Source: Schmidtea polychroa (lineage: Eukaryota). Taken from it: DNA of 64,000 nucleotides. The translations under genes were made by a program, and so were the position numbers. The notes beneath the pieces were generated by a model that had not been told where the DNA came from, did no database searches, and worked only from the letters and a program-made list of their open reading frames with translations. Shown in pieces: positions 50,215 through 62,792 of this stretch (positions within the stretch are counted from its first letter, which is position 1; every line of letters begins with the position of its first letter). The stretch covers positions 68,448,001 through 68,512,000 of the forward strand of contig CM097886.1 in assembly GCA_044892525.1 (NCBI GenBank). Reading direction: 5' to 3'.

Positions 50215-53200
50215 CTTTCAACAATGTTATGTTTCATTGAATAATTAATAATGATAGAAAATAATCAAATTAATACTATTAAAAACTAATAAAAATAATA
50301 GTTAAAAAAATTTATAAAATAAAATATTAATAATATTAAAAATAAAAATTTTAAAAATTTTAAAAAACAAAAAAATAATAATAATATCAAAATAAATAAA
50401 AATAATAATTGAAAAAATTTAAAAATTTAAATTTAAAAAACAAATAATAATAATAAAATAATACTAGAAAAATAATAATATTATTATTAATATTAATCAA
50501 AATAAAAATTTAAAAAAACAAATTAAAAAAATAATAATATTAAAATTAATAAAAACAATAATTGAAAAAATTTTAAAATATAAATTAAAAAACAAAATAA
50601 TAATTAATTAATTATAAATTAATAATAATACTATTAAACAAAAATTTTAAAAAACANNNNNNNNNNNNNNNNNNNNNNNNNNNNNNNNNNNNNNNNNNNN
50701 NNNNNNNNNNNNNNNNNNNNNNNNNNNNNNNNNNNNNNNNNNNNNNNNNNNNNNNNNNNNNNNNNNNNNNNNNNNNNNNNNNNNNNNNNNNNNNNNNNNN
50801 NNNNNNNNNNNNNNNNNNNNAAGAAATATGGGGCGAACAGCAATTACGACAGAAACAGGATATTAGCTAAATAAATAAATCAATTCCAAGTTTAATTAAA
50901 ATTTAGATCATTACAGGGAAGGGAAAATAATAATTGAAGATTTGGTAAATCCATAAATAAAATCACATGAATAATATTAATTGTGTGCTGCCAGTAGACA
51001 TGAGAGAAAGTCTGGTGCAATCGTTTAATTTTGAAATTCATTCATTTCAATTCCGGGTTAATAAAATTATAAGCCAGTTAAATCGAGACGCCAACCCCAA
51101 TATGACACATAAATGAAATAATAAAAAGAAGATTTAAGTCTTACCTAGATACGGAATACACGGTAACTTGAGAAAATTAATATGCTCTCTCAATTGTTCA
51201 TAATTGTTTTCACCGGAATATAATTCTTCCATCCTACGAAATGTGGCTTTATCTTTCCCAGAAAGACTATTCCACGTTTGTTTTAGCCTATGTATACATT
51301 CAACTTGAAGGGCAGACATTAGAGCCATTCCAGAAGAGAGATTATTGTAATGGTCAACTAATTTCTAAACGGAATTTATGTTTAATATTTTTTTCTGAAT
51401 ATGTTTTAGATAAATGTGATCAAGTGAAAACTTACTACTTATACTTAAAATTTTTATTTATATCATTAATTTATCATTTCTTAACTTGCAGAATGGTACT
51501 CAGTTCGTTTTAGATATTTTAGATTTTATTTGCCATTCTATTATAGCTTTATAGGTGAAAAGGCTTTGATCAACCATACTGTAGCAGTTCATTTGTATCA
51601 TACTGCATGGAAATTATGTTTGATTGATGAAAAAAACTCGGCTCTCTTGCTGGATCACGAAAGTGTTGATAGCTATTAATGCTATAAAATGTCAGTTAAT
51701 GAATATTACCAAATTTTGCGCTGAATTAAGGATTTTATTTAATATAATACACATAATTCTGTTTTTACACGAATTAAAAAGAATTTTTCTCTCTTTTTAC
51801 ACGAATTGCTTTGTTTTAACACGATTTTCAATATTCTATGAATTTTTTTTTGATGTTCTATTAATTTTTTTTATTTTCATTTTTCACAAATTATGTATAC
51901 ATACATTAATATATGAATATCTTACAGAGAACTTTATAATGGTTTAACACGAAACCAAACACAATCTTTAATAACTGATTTCGTTCAAAAAAATTTTTGA
52001 CACAGGAGACTAGTGATAATAATACAAAAATAATTTCCCAAGACGATGAACAAAATAATTCGAGTGATAGCAGTAATATTGCAGTCTTGGGCAAACGTAT
52101 ACGTGTGTCAGAAAATGACAATGAATAAAATTTTGTTATGTTTATATTATTTTTCTTTTTTTATATTAATGAATTTCTGATATTTTCTTTTTTCCAAATC
52201 ATAATTTATTTTTTATATAATATATTTAATGAATGTGTAAGGACGAAAAATAAATTCTTTTGTGAACTCTAACAAGGATTTTTTATATTTATTATTATAC
52301 TTTTGTTTATTGTACTTTTGTTGCTTTTTGATGTTGGAACCAATCTACTATTTTTCCATTCAGCCAATATCTTTTTTACATGAATTTTTAGGAACGTATC
52401 TATCGTGTAAAACAGAATTAGGTGTATTCAGACCCGTGAGTTATCATTCCTAAATATTTATTCATTTACATATTGTAATATGTAGAGCTTTAGTTAAACC
52501 AAATTATTGTTATATTAACATTGCTTTTATGTATATTTGCATAATAAAAAATATAATTGTTCTAAACTAATTTTTTCAATCTTTAATCTATCTATTTATT
52601 TGACAATTTAGGAATCGATTTATTTATAAATATTATTTTTATAATTGATTACATTATGAAATAGATTGATAGATTAAGGAAATTATTAGTATTATAATAC
52701 ACCGTCAACCATAGAAAAGCAATTTAGTCTTAACATTAATCGCACATCTTAGTAAATGGGAGTTTTATTTAATTAGAAAAATCAAATAAAGAATTATTTA
52801 AGATCTACAAATAGTACCTTGTGGTTAGATAATCTTGACGTTCTGTTTCACGAACAAAATTGGAGAATTGGCAAAAAAAAGCAGGAAAAAAATCATTATA
52901 AAATATCAAAAGATTTTTTTTAAATAAGCATAGTATCTTATTTTTGTATTCCTATATGTTGTCCATAATTAATAAAGTAGCATTAAACATGATCCTGTTT
53001 CTTATTTCGCTTAATGAAGCAATAACAATTCCAAAGTTCCTTCAATTAATTTGAAATTAACTAACAACATAAATTAGCATCACCACTATATTAAAGTATA
53101 TATTTTGCTTACTAAGAGAACGACAAAAATATCCGCCATTGAATTTACCTAATCTTTGTATCAGAATCTATCCGTAAATCATTACGTTATAAATATAAAA

Positions 53201-56200
53201 TTAAAATTTTGCAATAATTTTATATTTCAATCGCCAATGTATTTTTAATTCAATGTTACCTGAAAATCGACTTATCTTTATCGAATAAAATATTCATTTT
53301 AAAACTATTTTAGTATGGTGAAAAATATCTTTTATTATAGAAACGGTAGTTAAATTTGAATTTTCATATATAGTTTCAAATATAATGATGCTAAACGAGT
53401 ATTTTTACTGAATTAGCATTTCGGGTAATAATCGAGTTGTTTATATAAATTACGCAACAATAAAATGACACAATAATAGAATGAATTGTTTCGGAATGTG
53501 AATATACAACTCAGAATCAATTGCAAGTGCAAATGACACAATTACAATAGCTTGCATTAAGTAAATATAGTCTGTAAACAACAATTCAAAGAAATATTCA
53601 TACATAGAAAACATAAAAAGAAATTAAATTAATAAAGATTGTATCTTCATTTTTCTAAATAATAATAATGACAATTTTCTTCTCTTTCTTTATAATCATT
53701 GGATAATAATATTGACATAATAAATGACTTATAAATGCAATTATGTAGATTTATAAAAATATAATTATTAATATGTTAAATAAGAAATTCCAGCCAATGT
53801 TTGCAATGATTATTCAGTTGTGATTAATGTTTTTTTTTGAAAAAATCTTTAGAAAATACCGCACGTTTTAGAAATCAATTTTGAAAAATAAACACAACTG
53901 TACATTTCACGATATCCCAGAGACATAAGCGCATCCACAGATCAATTGCAGATAGAAACAGCACATCGTGTGGATCAGAAACGGGGAATTTATATTTATT
54001 TATCGATACACTATGCCAACAACAGGATTTATAATTGTGTGTTTTATATTCATATTATATAAAATTATGTAGACATAGATATAGATATGCATTAAAATAT
54101 AGAATAATTCTAAATGTATTTACCTTGATAATACGAATAAGATAGGAAAGCATTTCAGCTCGCTTATTTAAATCGAAACACTCGAGAATGATTCGTTGAG
54201 CCCAGAAATTTAGTTGATTGAACCAACGAGTTGACGCGACTATTGCAGGAGCGTGAATATGTTTAGACAAGCCAGTCCATTTGAAAGACAAAAATTCCTA
54301 CGTTCAATTGTCAATTACATATATAATGATTTGAAAAAATAAAAAAAATCAGTAAAAATACAAAAATAAGATTTAATATTTGAAGAAAAAGCGAAAAAAG
54401 TCAACTCCATAATATTGATCCTGTAAAATATTCCTCAGAGAGTAAAGAAAAAGATATTGGTTGTACACAAAAGAGAAGCAATGCAAAGAAAGTGGATATT
54501 TTGATGAATAAAGAAGTTCTGGAAAGTGTATTTTGAAGTTTCCTAATATTTCTTGTATTTTACTTGTGTTAGAGCGTTTTTCCCACTATGAAAAACTTTT
54601 AGAGCATTGCGCGTTAAACGATGAAGTGTGACTTGAAATGGAAATAAACTATTTTTGGATAAAAATACAAGCAACCCCAAAAACTTAAGGGAAATGTTTT
54701 GAAAAATATTAATATTGGAGAAAGAAAATACGATATCAACATAATAATAATATTTAAGGTGAACTTAACAAAAAGTTATGTTAGAACTCCTTGAAATCTG
54801 AATAAATTTGAAGTTTAATTTAGGCACTTCAAAAATTGGAGCTGAAAATAATATTTATGGAGTGCTATTCAATACCTTAATAGATTGGTTGTCTGTCGTT
54901 CAACAATCGTTCACATCTCATGCATGAGCTAATATTAGCGAAATGAAAAATCTGATTTAATAAATAGATAGATTTTCCTGGAGAAATTTTCCTAGTTTGA
55001 CAAAACTATAATTTATTTTAAAAAATCGTTTATTTCTTCAATTTTTATGCTAATTTAGTTGAAAATTTATTGTGTAAGAAAAAGCATTAACATTACAATA
55101 AAATGTGCATAGAAGAGTTTATGTATGATTTCACTATTAAATGGAATTCGTCAAAGAAACGAAAATATTATTCACATTTGTCAAGGTCGAGATAAATTTA
55201 CATAGTTAGAATCTTTATTTCAATTATCAAAAATTAAGTCATTTGATTACGAAAAAAATTTTTTAAGCATTTAAAATGATAGAATTTCTTTTTTCTTTCA
55301 TATATTTATATGTTAAGAATTGCAAACCTGATGCATATATATTAAAGAATTCGAGATCGAAAAAATCATAGAAAAAATATTTAACAATCTATAAATAATA
55401 TTTGCAGACAATTTCTAAATTAGAATTGTAACTTATCAAATTTAATCAAGTTATGTAACCGAATAACTAAACTTAGTGCCAAAATAATTGAGAAAATTGT
55501 TTTGTTTAATTTTTTAAATCTCATCGATCATTTTCATTATCAAAATGATTAAAAAAAGGATAGATTTTAGTTTCTAAATTACAATATTTCTTATTGATTT
55601 ATAATCGATATTTTATTCTATTTTAACATCAAAAAATATTGAAATTTTATTGAGTTAAACCATAAAATGTTGGAACTTATATCTATGGGATCAGATGATG
55701 CAATTGATTTCCCTATTGAATTCCTTCGTACATTATTAATGCCCAATTTATTGGACCTGAAAGTTGGTGATTTTTGTCACGTTTCTAAGAAATCTTAATC
55801 CGAAGAAAAGGTTGAGTAATGGTACAAAATTGATTATTATTAGTTTGCATTTAAATTGCATCAAATCAAAACAGAAAATTGACGAAGAGATTTGCATTCC
55901 TGGAATTTAATTTGGTTCCAAGTGATAGTAGTATGCCATTTAAAAAAAGTGTCGATTTCCAGTAATATTGGCATTTGTTACAACAATTTACAAGACACAA
56001 GGCCAGCAGTAATTGTCTTTTTAGGATAAAATACTGATTGAGAAAAAGATCATTTACTTCATTAAAATCACTTTACTTTTCTATTTATAGTCAAGTATTT
56101 TTTTATATTAATTCCTCCTCTACTCTTGATTGCCTTGGAAAAGATTCTGTGTAAATCACATGATGAAAGTACCGATTTGTAAAGTCTAATATGGCAAAAA

Positions 56201-59200
56201 AAGTATTTTATCGAATCCTCCCTAAAATTTTGGTAGTGACAAAGTGTCCTTGCCTTTCGATTGACAAAAAATGGGTTACTTCATTAAAATAACTATTTTT
56301 TACTAACATCAAGTGTTATTTATTTTAATTTATTAGCAGTAAAAGATTTTTGTTGGAATTATAACATGTTCTCCAAATACCTGATTAGTAATTATTAATT
56401 GTATTAGCATCGATTTTTAATGTGCAAGATTTCTTTTATCGATTTTGAAATCAGCACAGGAAAAATCCCGCTGTCCTCCCCGGTTTCATCCCCTTGGATA
56501 CATTTTAATTGTTCTTTAGCGTAATTTAGCGTTCTAAAACCAAACCTTCTACGGAATAGAGTTAAGAGATGGAAGGGGGAAATACAAAAGGAGAACAATT
56601 TATTATGATATCAGAACGAATTAGTCATACTTTCTGAAGTTGTCCACTTAAAAAGTTCAGATAACTATAAAATTCACAGTAACTTATCCTTAGTTTTATT
56701 TTAAGAGCATTTTGGACTTCACTGTCGTTATTTCTCACTTTGTTTCAATGAAGGGGAACTACTGCCCCGAAAAAGGAGAATATTTTGAGGTCGATATTTT
56801 AGGACCTTTCCATATTTTAGATTCTAATTGATAACTCTACTGCATTGCTAGTTTGAGATATTGCTAAATATGTATGAAGGGGAACTTCTGCCCCGAAAAA
56901 GGATATCATTTTGAGATCGATATTTTAGAACTCTATTTTCATTGAAAACTGAAGACATCTTTTGAATTCTATACGATAACTCTACTTCAGTGTTGGTTTG
57001 AGATATTGCTAAATATGACATTGCCCAATAGAATCATTTTCATTTCATTGCCATTATAGCATAATCATTATAGTATATAATATTAATAAAAAATTACATA
57101 AAATAAAGTCCAGCAATCAACGAAAACTATCAACTATTTTGGTAAAAATTCCTGTATATTTAACTTATTATTTTGCTTATAATTTGTTATGTATTACTGA
57201 TAAATTATAAGTAAAATATTAAACCATATTTCTTTTTATTGTTATTTTCGAAAAATGTCATTTAAAAAATGCACCTACTCCATCGTTCCTTAATCAATAA
57301 TCTTCTAACACTAATTGCAATGTTAATGAGGAAAAGATTGGTTTCCTATCTCCTGAGAATATTTTCTATTACTGTTGCTGTAACCGTTTAAATATACATT
57401 CACCTTCATGCTACTACAATTCTTATATCATATTTTCAAAAGTTCTCTTTAGGTTGCTTTTATTTACCAGCTATAAAATTGAATTTAACTTAATATTATA
57501 CTTATAATTTATCAGTAATATATACTATTTAACATTATATATTGTTATAACCGGTTAAATAAGCATTTACTACAAGCATTATATCATATTTTCAACAATT
57601 CTCTTTAAGTAGCTATTATTTACCAAATATTACTCGCAACTGTTGCTCTTGTATATAATATGTCAACACGTCTTTCCGCGTGTTAATATTATAAGTTATC
57701 ATCTTTTCACATTTTATTTTTTACCAACTGCCTTTATTGTCATTTCATTTTAGATTATCGATCAATATTTTAATATGAATAAGATTATTATAATTAATTA
57801 AAATCCCTTGTATGTTAAATGATTTTGTTTCATATAAATTTAGTGAGAAAAAAAGAAAATATTTACCTCTGCTTTTACGGCTTTAAAATATGACAATTCA
57901 ATAACTGTGATTTGACCCTAAAGAAACATTTTCAACCGATGGATATATTTTATCATTCCTTACAGCAATTATAAAAGGATCCCATTTTCTAAAATCGATA
58001 CTGATTTGTTCATGAGTTCGACCTTCTGAATCGAATTCGGCTTCAAATGAAACTTGAGATATTCGTTTTAATTTGTTCATGTTATTTGGTGAATAAATTC
58101 GATTTTTAATTTCCGAATCTGTAGTTGACAGATTGAGATCTTCACAAACGTTACTTTGACTCCGGGGTTTCGGTTCTAGCATCATTTGTTTCCCGAGTGA
58201 GATTTTGTTGTCATAATTAAATGCCAATGTACCAGCCGAACCACAACTGCCCCACAGTCGAGAATGGCCTGCTTTTGAGTTGTTTTTAATTGCTCGTACT
58301 TGTTCCATATTTCTGGAACTAATAGGGCTAATTGTTCCAGCAAATGGTAGAGTTGAAATTAATTCAGAATTCGATACGTTCGATTTCACTTCTGGAGATT
58401 TGGTTCCGGTATTTTCAGATACCGGATGTCGCGATAGGGGAAAGTTACTCTTTTCTTTGATTTTAACATTGCTAACGACGGATTCCATTGAGCTCTAGAT
58501 GAGATATTTTTTATATGAGAGCTTATTTATTTTAATAAATAAAATTATTTAACTTTTTTTATAATTTATAGAAGTTACGCAAAAATATATAGACTTACAT
58601 AGGGAATAAAAGTCATATTAGTAAAAAATATATAGGATTTTAAAAACAAATTTAACGTCCAAAATTCGATAATCAATCGGAAGATATAACTCAAAATTAT
58701 TTTCAATCTGGAACATTATGAAACCCGATAAATTATCAATTTAAAATTTTTTATTAATTTTATAAGACCGATGAGAATTTTTTTAGGCGCGATCTTTATT
58801 TAAACTTTCAATTATTTATTTAAATTAATTAATAGGTTTCATTTTCTTAGACAAAACTATATATTTAAAAAAATTTTAATTATAATATTTAAATTTAATA
58901 ATATGATATGCCAAGGAATTTTACCCTTTAAAATGCTAAATTATTTTAAATAGAAGTTACTTGAAATTGATAAATGATAATAAAATGTATAAATACATTT
59001 GTGTATTATAAAAGTTTACGAGTGAGAACTAATCAAAAATACGTGTATATTATAAATAAAAATTAAAATATTCATTTAATTTTATTAAATTGAAAAATTT
59101 TAAATGTTTGATATAAGTCAAATTTATTTAGAAAAATAAAACTAACGCCTTCGTGATATCCCATATTAACGTTTACACATGCTTTAGAGCAAGAATTATT

Positions 59201-59605
59201 TTCACTATTTGGAGTACTCCATAATTTATCATTATATTTATTGCTCTCTGATGAATCAGTATGCGTAACTAAATGTAAATTATCACTAACATTCATTTCT
59301 ATAGATGTTTGTATGTGTCTAAAATCGAAAATTCGAGCTACTTCATTAGAATAGAGATTAGTGGTTGGAATATTTTTCTTTGCGCAACTGGACCGTTCTT
59401 TAGTGATCATAGCTGTATATTTAGAATTTCGATTTACTAATTTATCTAAATCATTCCATTCTCCTGTATCATTAACTGATAAATGATCTTTACTGGCATT
59501 GATAATTCCACAAGTAGAATTTGAGAAGCAAATAGTCGGAGGATAAAAATCAACAACAGTGGATTTATCTACAGATGTTAGCATTGGAGTAACCAAATTG
59601 CTCAT
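36268..59605 (-). CDS. RALGPS: RalGPS-type Ral guanine nucleotide exchange factor (CDC25/RasGEF + PH), about 1074 aa, 13 exons
   Basis: Phase-consistent GT-AG exons: 59605-59147, 58494-57964, 57917-57867, 54297-54124, 51364-51145, 50083-49952, 49894-49670, 49624-49347, 45685-45618, 45571-45252, 42844-42627, 42584-42432, 36663-36268 (3225 nt). Motifs: GQITVIE..FKAV, RWFNQLNFW, PCIPYLGLYLTDLTYI, YIEELQK, LLDDS, GVLSRKT.LK..KKPT..TW.RYW, IDKEYGTIYKF, WFRHLS. Confidence 0.93.
39399..42036 (-). mobile_element. Non-autonomous Buster-type hAT (ZBED5/FAM200-like C-terminal remnant) hosting a nested element
   Basis: 16-bp TIR cagcgattctcaacct / caccgcttctcaacct. Perfect TSD gattaaat (39391-39398, 42037-42044). 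Minus-strand remnants LCETGF and PSFQKLCNEKQAQGSH* at about 39590-39730. Confidence 0.88.
40204..41858 (+). mobile_element. Nested, internally deleted Ac/hobo-type hAT (BED remnant plus ORF 41197-41577)
   Basis: Inverted termini agggattgca at about 40205 and tgcaatccct at about 41857. ORF motifs CLTIDEWTS, ITTDEAAVM and CFAHAIHLAV. No clean TSD. Confidence 0.8.
46025..46400 (+). mobile_element. Possible Tc1-like transposase relic interrupted by the following hAT
   Basis: ISEEKREMIIHWY (HTH-like) and LTEANK..R.....W spacing resemble Tc1. Heavily decayed. Confidence 0.35.
46410..47503 (-). mobile_element. Internally deleted hAT (transposase C-terminus 46680-47120)
   Basis: TIR tagagggtg(c/t)c. 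TSD ggagagtg / ggaaagtg (1 mismatch). Dimerization motif LMTIQPSSLESERVFSASSNFCTK. Confidence 0.85.
48990..49330. repeat. (AAT)n-rich low-complexity tract (second tract at about 50230-50655)
   Basis: Long aataataat/aaaat runs within RalGPS introns. Confidence 0.85.
55690..56010 (+). mobile_element. Helitron PIF1-like helicase C-terminal relic
   Basis: FPIEFL...LKVG...RNLNPKK.L.NGTKLII...PSDSSMPFK...FPV.LAF..TI.KTQGQ, with frameshifts. Confidence 0.8.
56750..57018. repeat. Tandem duplication of a ~126-143 bp unit
   Basis: tgaaggggaact(a/t)ctgccccgaaaaagga ... ataactctact ... gtttgagatattgctaaatatg occurs twice. Confidence 0.85.
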
Positions 59606-60101
59606 AAACTTAATACGTTATTTCTAAAATTAGATGAAACAACCAAAATTACATAATTTTTTTAATTAAATTAGATTTCGATTTAAATTAGATAAATTTA
59701 TTTAACAGAAAATAAAATAAAAACTACACTTAAAATGGGGTTAAAATTCAGATAGCTTTGGCTTTTAAATTAATGATTAGGTTATTAAAACAAAAGTATT
59801 TAATCAATTTTATTTTAATTATACTGGCTTCATTTTAAGTAACTGTAAATGTGAGTTTTGGCAATAATTTTAAATCTAAATAAACATTTGATTTTAAAAC
59901 AATATTATTATAAAGAAATTTTAACTATAATTTTGATTTAAATTTAATTATATTTATAAATTAAAAATATTTAACACAATTTATAAAAAAGTAAATTTAT
60001 ATTTTACACTTTTAAAAATTATTCAAACTTGATATATTTAATATTACTTGTCAATATATATTTTATTTTTCCGATAAATTAGTTTATTTTAATAAAATTT
60101 A
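59606..60101. promoter_or_regulatory. Putative bidirectional promoter between RalGPS and kinesin
   Basis: Only 496 bp separate the two divergent start codons. No specific motif identified. Confidence 0.45.
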
Positions 60102-62792
60102 ATGAATGGCGATTGGATCGAAGATGATGATGCCATTATTAAAAACAAACCTTTAAACAGCCTTCCGCCTACGAATCATTGTGAAACTCGAACTTCTCCA
60201 GATAAAGATTTAAATAAATTTGAGTCTACAAATTTAATTTCCAAAGAAGTTGAGAAATATAGAATAGTTCAAAATCAGCTCCATAATAAAAAGCTTCCCA
60301 TAAGTTTTATTTCACCAAAGGATTGGCAGAAATATTTAAATTTTACCAAATCAGTTACAAATAAATTGGATTGTGAAACTTCAATTTTAAATTCCAGAGG
60401 TAAAAATGGTCGAATTCTTCGTTTGTTAAATTCATTTCATAAATTGTATGAAGAATACTCAGAACTATTTATAAGTTCTGATCAATGTGTTTTAAATTAT
60501 GGTGATAATAGAAGAATTTCCCAGCCAAATAATTACAATACTTTAAGTAATATTCATAATGAATCTACACCCGATTCTTATGATTCAGTCGACGAAAGTT
60601 TTTTAGATGTTGGTGTTCAAACAACTATAACTATGGACCAGATCGAGCTTTCTATCATTAATACAGGTGTACATAAAGATTTTCGTATTGAACAGTGCGA
60701 AAAGTTATCATTGACTTCTGATTCACTGATACCGTGGGGATTGAAAAATATTTTTAATCCAGCAAAAAGATTTGGTCGAAAATTAAAACTATTTACCCAT
60801 GGAAGACATAAAACCTCGAAGGTGTTTGATAAAATAGAAAAATTGGAAAACAATCTTATGCTAGAAGTGGTTGAAGAAGTTCATCAACAGTCTATAGTGT
60901 GTCATAGTCTCTCTTTAGATAATGATGAAAATAAATACAATATTCCTAAACTAAAATACCTTCAAATACCTTTGGCAGTTGAATTGTTATTACCGAAAAT
61001 CCAAATAAAAATCGAAAATATTCTTAACGATTGTCCTTTTCTCTGTGATCCGTTAGAAGTTGCTGCTGAATTACGACATTTTGGATATGATCAAAATGCT
61101 TGCATAAAATATTTTAAAATTACTAAATCTTTACGTTCAGTCATTGAAGAAATAATTCCTGCAGGCACTAATGAGAATTATAGTTACAAAAGCGCAACTT
61201 TGCAATTACCCAATAGAAATGATTCTATTAAGTCAGTAAAAAGTCACATTATTTCCAATGACCTAATTAACGAAACTACTGACACAATTAAAGATTATAA
61301 TTCAAATGTTAATCATTATATGATTGAAAATTTACAGAAAACCACAGATATTCTTACTAACATAATACCAAACACATTAAACCAAAAGTCACCCTTTTCA
61401 CCAAACCTAACTCCTACGAATAAACATGGCACATTAGTTACTATTGATGGCGTCGCTCAGACGAATATCATGCATTTCTGTATGGAAAATAAAAATGTAG
61501 AGACAATTTTTAACAAAATAAAAACTTATTTTGTCGTTGTTCGACAGCTTCATGCTGAAGCTAAAGATGAGATCGAATATTTGCATAAGCAATTAATTTG
61601 TGTTTTTACAGCTCTTAAAAATCATATGGCCTTATTAGTCAATCAAAATAATGAAAAATCTTTCTCAGATGAACAGAAAAGTAAAATGGTAACTTTATCC
61701 AGGCAAGTCGAAGAACTAAAATTGAAATTGAAAAAAGAAGAAAAAAAGCGTAGACATGCATATAATTTAATGCAAGAACAAATGGGAAATATTCGAGTTT
61801 ATTGTCGTTGTCGACATGTAACTGATGGGGGAAATATTTTAGAGTTTATAGGAAGTGAAAGCATAACGTTACAAATTGCTCCCAATGAAAGATTTGAGTT
61901 TGATAAAGTCTTTCATCCTGGAATGTCTCAAATAGAATTATATGAAGAATTCCGACCACTGGTAATGTCATTTATAGATGGATATAATGTTTGCTTTATT
62001 ACATATGGCGGAGAGGCTAGTGGTAAAACATTTACACTAATTGGTGGCAATGATGGCTCTAGTCAACATGGATTAATGCAAAGAGCTTTAACGACTATTT
62101 TAACAGAAGAACGATTGCGTCAGAGAGATTGCGAATATAAAATTACAGCATGTGTTGTAGAAATATATAATGATAATTGCATTGACGTTTTATCTGGAGA
62201 GACTAATATCCAACTATATGTTGATAATGGAATGGAAACTGCATACCAGAAGTTAAAAAGTGTTCCAATTACAAATGAAGCAGATGCTGAAGCTTTAATG
62301 CAAGTTTGCAAAGTAAAACGTAAAGTTGCAAGGACTGCTTTAAATCCAGCCTCTTCTCGATCTCATTTAATAACCTTTATTCGACTTCAAGGAAAAAGTA
62401 AAATTCATGGAGAAAATATCTGTAGTTTTCTTTGTTTATGTGACTTGGCAGGATTTGAAGATATAATCAAAGCTGAAACACAAACAAATAAGATACTTAG
62501 TAAAGAAGCTGGTTATATAAATCGCTCACTGACGGCTTTTAATAGAGTTTTTGTCAGTCTTCGAAAACAGGATCCAAATACGGTATCATACCGAGAGACA
62601 AAATTAACTCATTTACTAAAACCTTTTTTAACAAACTCAGGAAAATGTGCTTTAATAATCACAGTTCGAAATGACAAACGAAGCTTAGGTTCTACTCAGA
62701 ATACTTTAAGATTTGGCAGAGAAACAAGAGGAGTTTCTCTTGGAAAAGCCCGTCGACAAGTGAACCTAAATGGTCAAGTTTCTGTAGTGTGA
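60102..62792 (+). CDS. Kinesin-14-type (C-terminal motor) kinesin, 896 aa, single exon
   Basis: Coiled-coil neck RRHAYNLMQEQMGNIRVYCR, then FEFDKVF, DGYNVCFITYGGEASGKTFT, EIYND, NPASSRSH, DLAGFE, INRSL, YRETKLTHLL and STQNTLRFG. Confidence 0.95.
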   Translation: MNGDWIEDDDAIIKNKPLNSLPPTNHCETRTSPDKDLNKFESTNLISKEVEKYRIVQNQLHNKKLPISFISPKDWQKYLNFTKSVTNKLDCETSILNSRGKNGRILRLLNSFHKLYEEYSELFISSDQCVLNYGDNRRISQPNNYNTLSNIHNESTPDSYDSVDESFLDVGVQTTITMDQIELSIINTGVHKDFRIEQCEKLSLTSDSLIPWGLKNIFNPAKRFGRKLKLFTHGRHKTSKVFDKIEKLENNLMLEVVEEVHQQSIVCHSLSLDNDENKYNIPKLKYLQIPLAVELLLPKIQIKIENILNDCPFLCDPLEVAAELRHFGYDQNACIKYFKITKSLRSVIEEIIPAGTNENYSYKSATLQLPNRNDSIKSVKSHIISNDLINETTDTIKDYNSNVNHYMIENLQKTTDILTNIIPNTLNQKSPFSPNLTPTNKHGTLVTIDGVAQTNIMHFCMENKNVETIFNKIKTYFVVVRQLHAEAKDEIEYLHKQLICVFTALKNHMALLVNQNNEKSFSDEQKSKMVTLSRQVEELKLKLKKEEKKRRHAYNLMQEQMGNIRVYCRCRHVTDGGNILEFIGSESITLQIAPNERFEFDKVFHPGMSQIELYEEFRPLVMSFIDGYNVCFITYGGEASGKTFTLIGGNDGSSQHGLMQRALTTILTEERLRQRDCEYKITACVVEIYNDNCIDVLSGETNIQLYVDNGMETAYQKLKSVPITNEADAEALMQVCKVKRKVARTALNPASSRSHLITFIRLQGKSKIHGENICSFLCLCDLAGFEDIIKAETQTNKILSKEAGYINRSLTAFNRVFVSLRKQDPNTVSYRETKLTHLLKPFLTNSGKCALIITVRNDKRSLGSTQNTLRFGRETRGVSLGKARRQVNLNGQVSVV

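Noticed and set aside
18309-50843. ORF calls containing runs of X
   Set aside because: Artefacts of assembly gaps; only 18515-18590 overlaps a true collagen exon.
56404-56598. Ulp1-protease-like GEDSGIF motif
   Set aside because: The catalytic Cys is absent and no His/Asp motifs were found.
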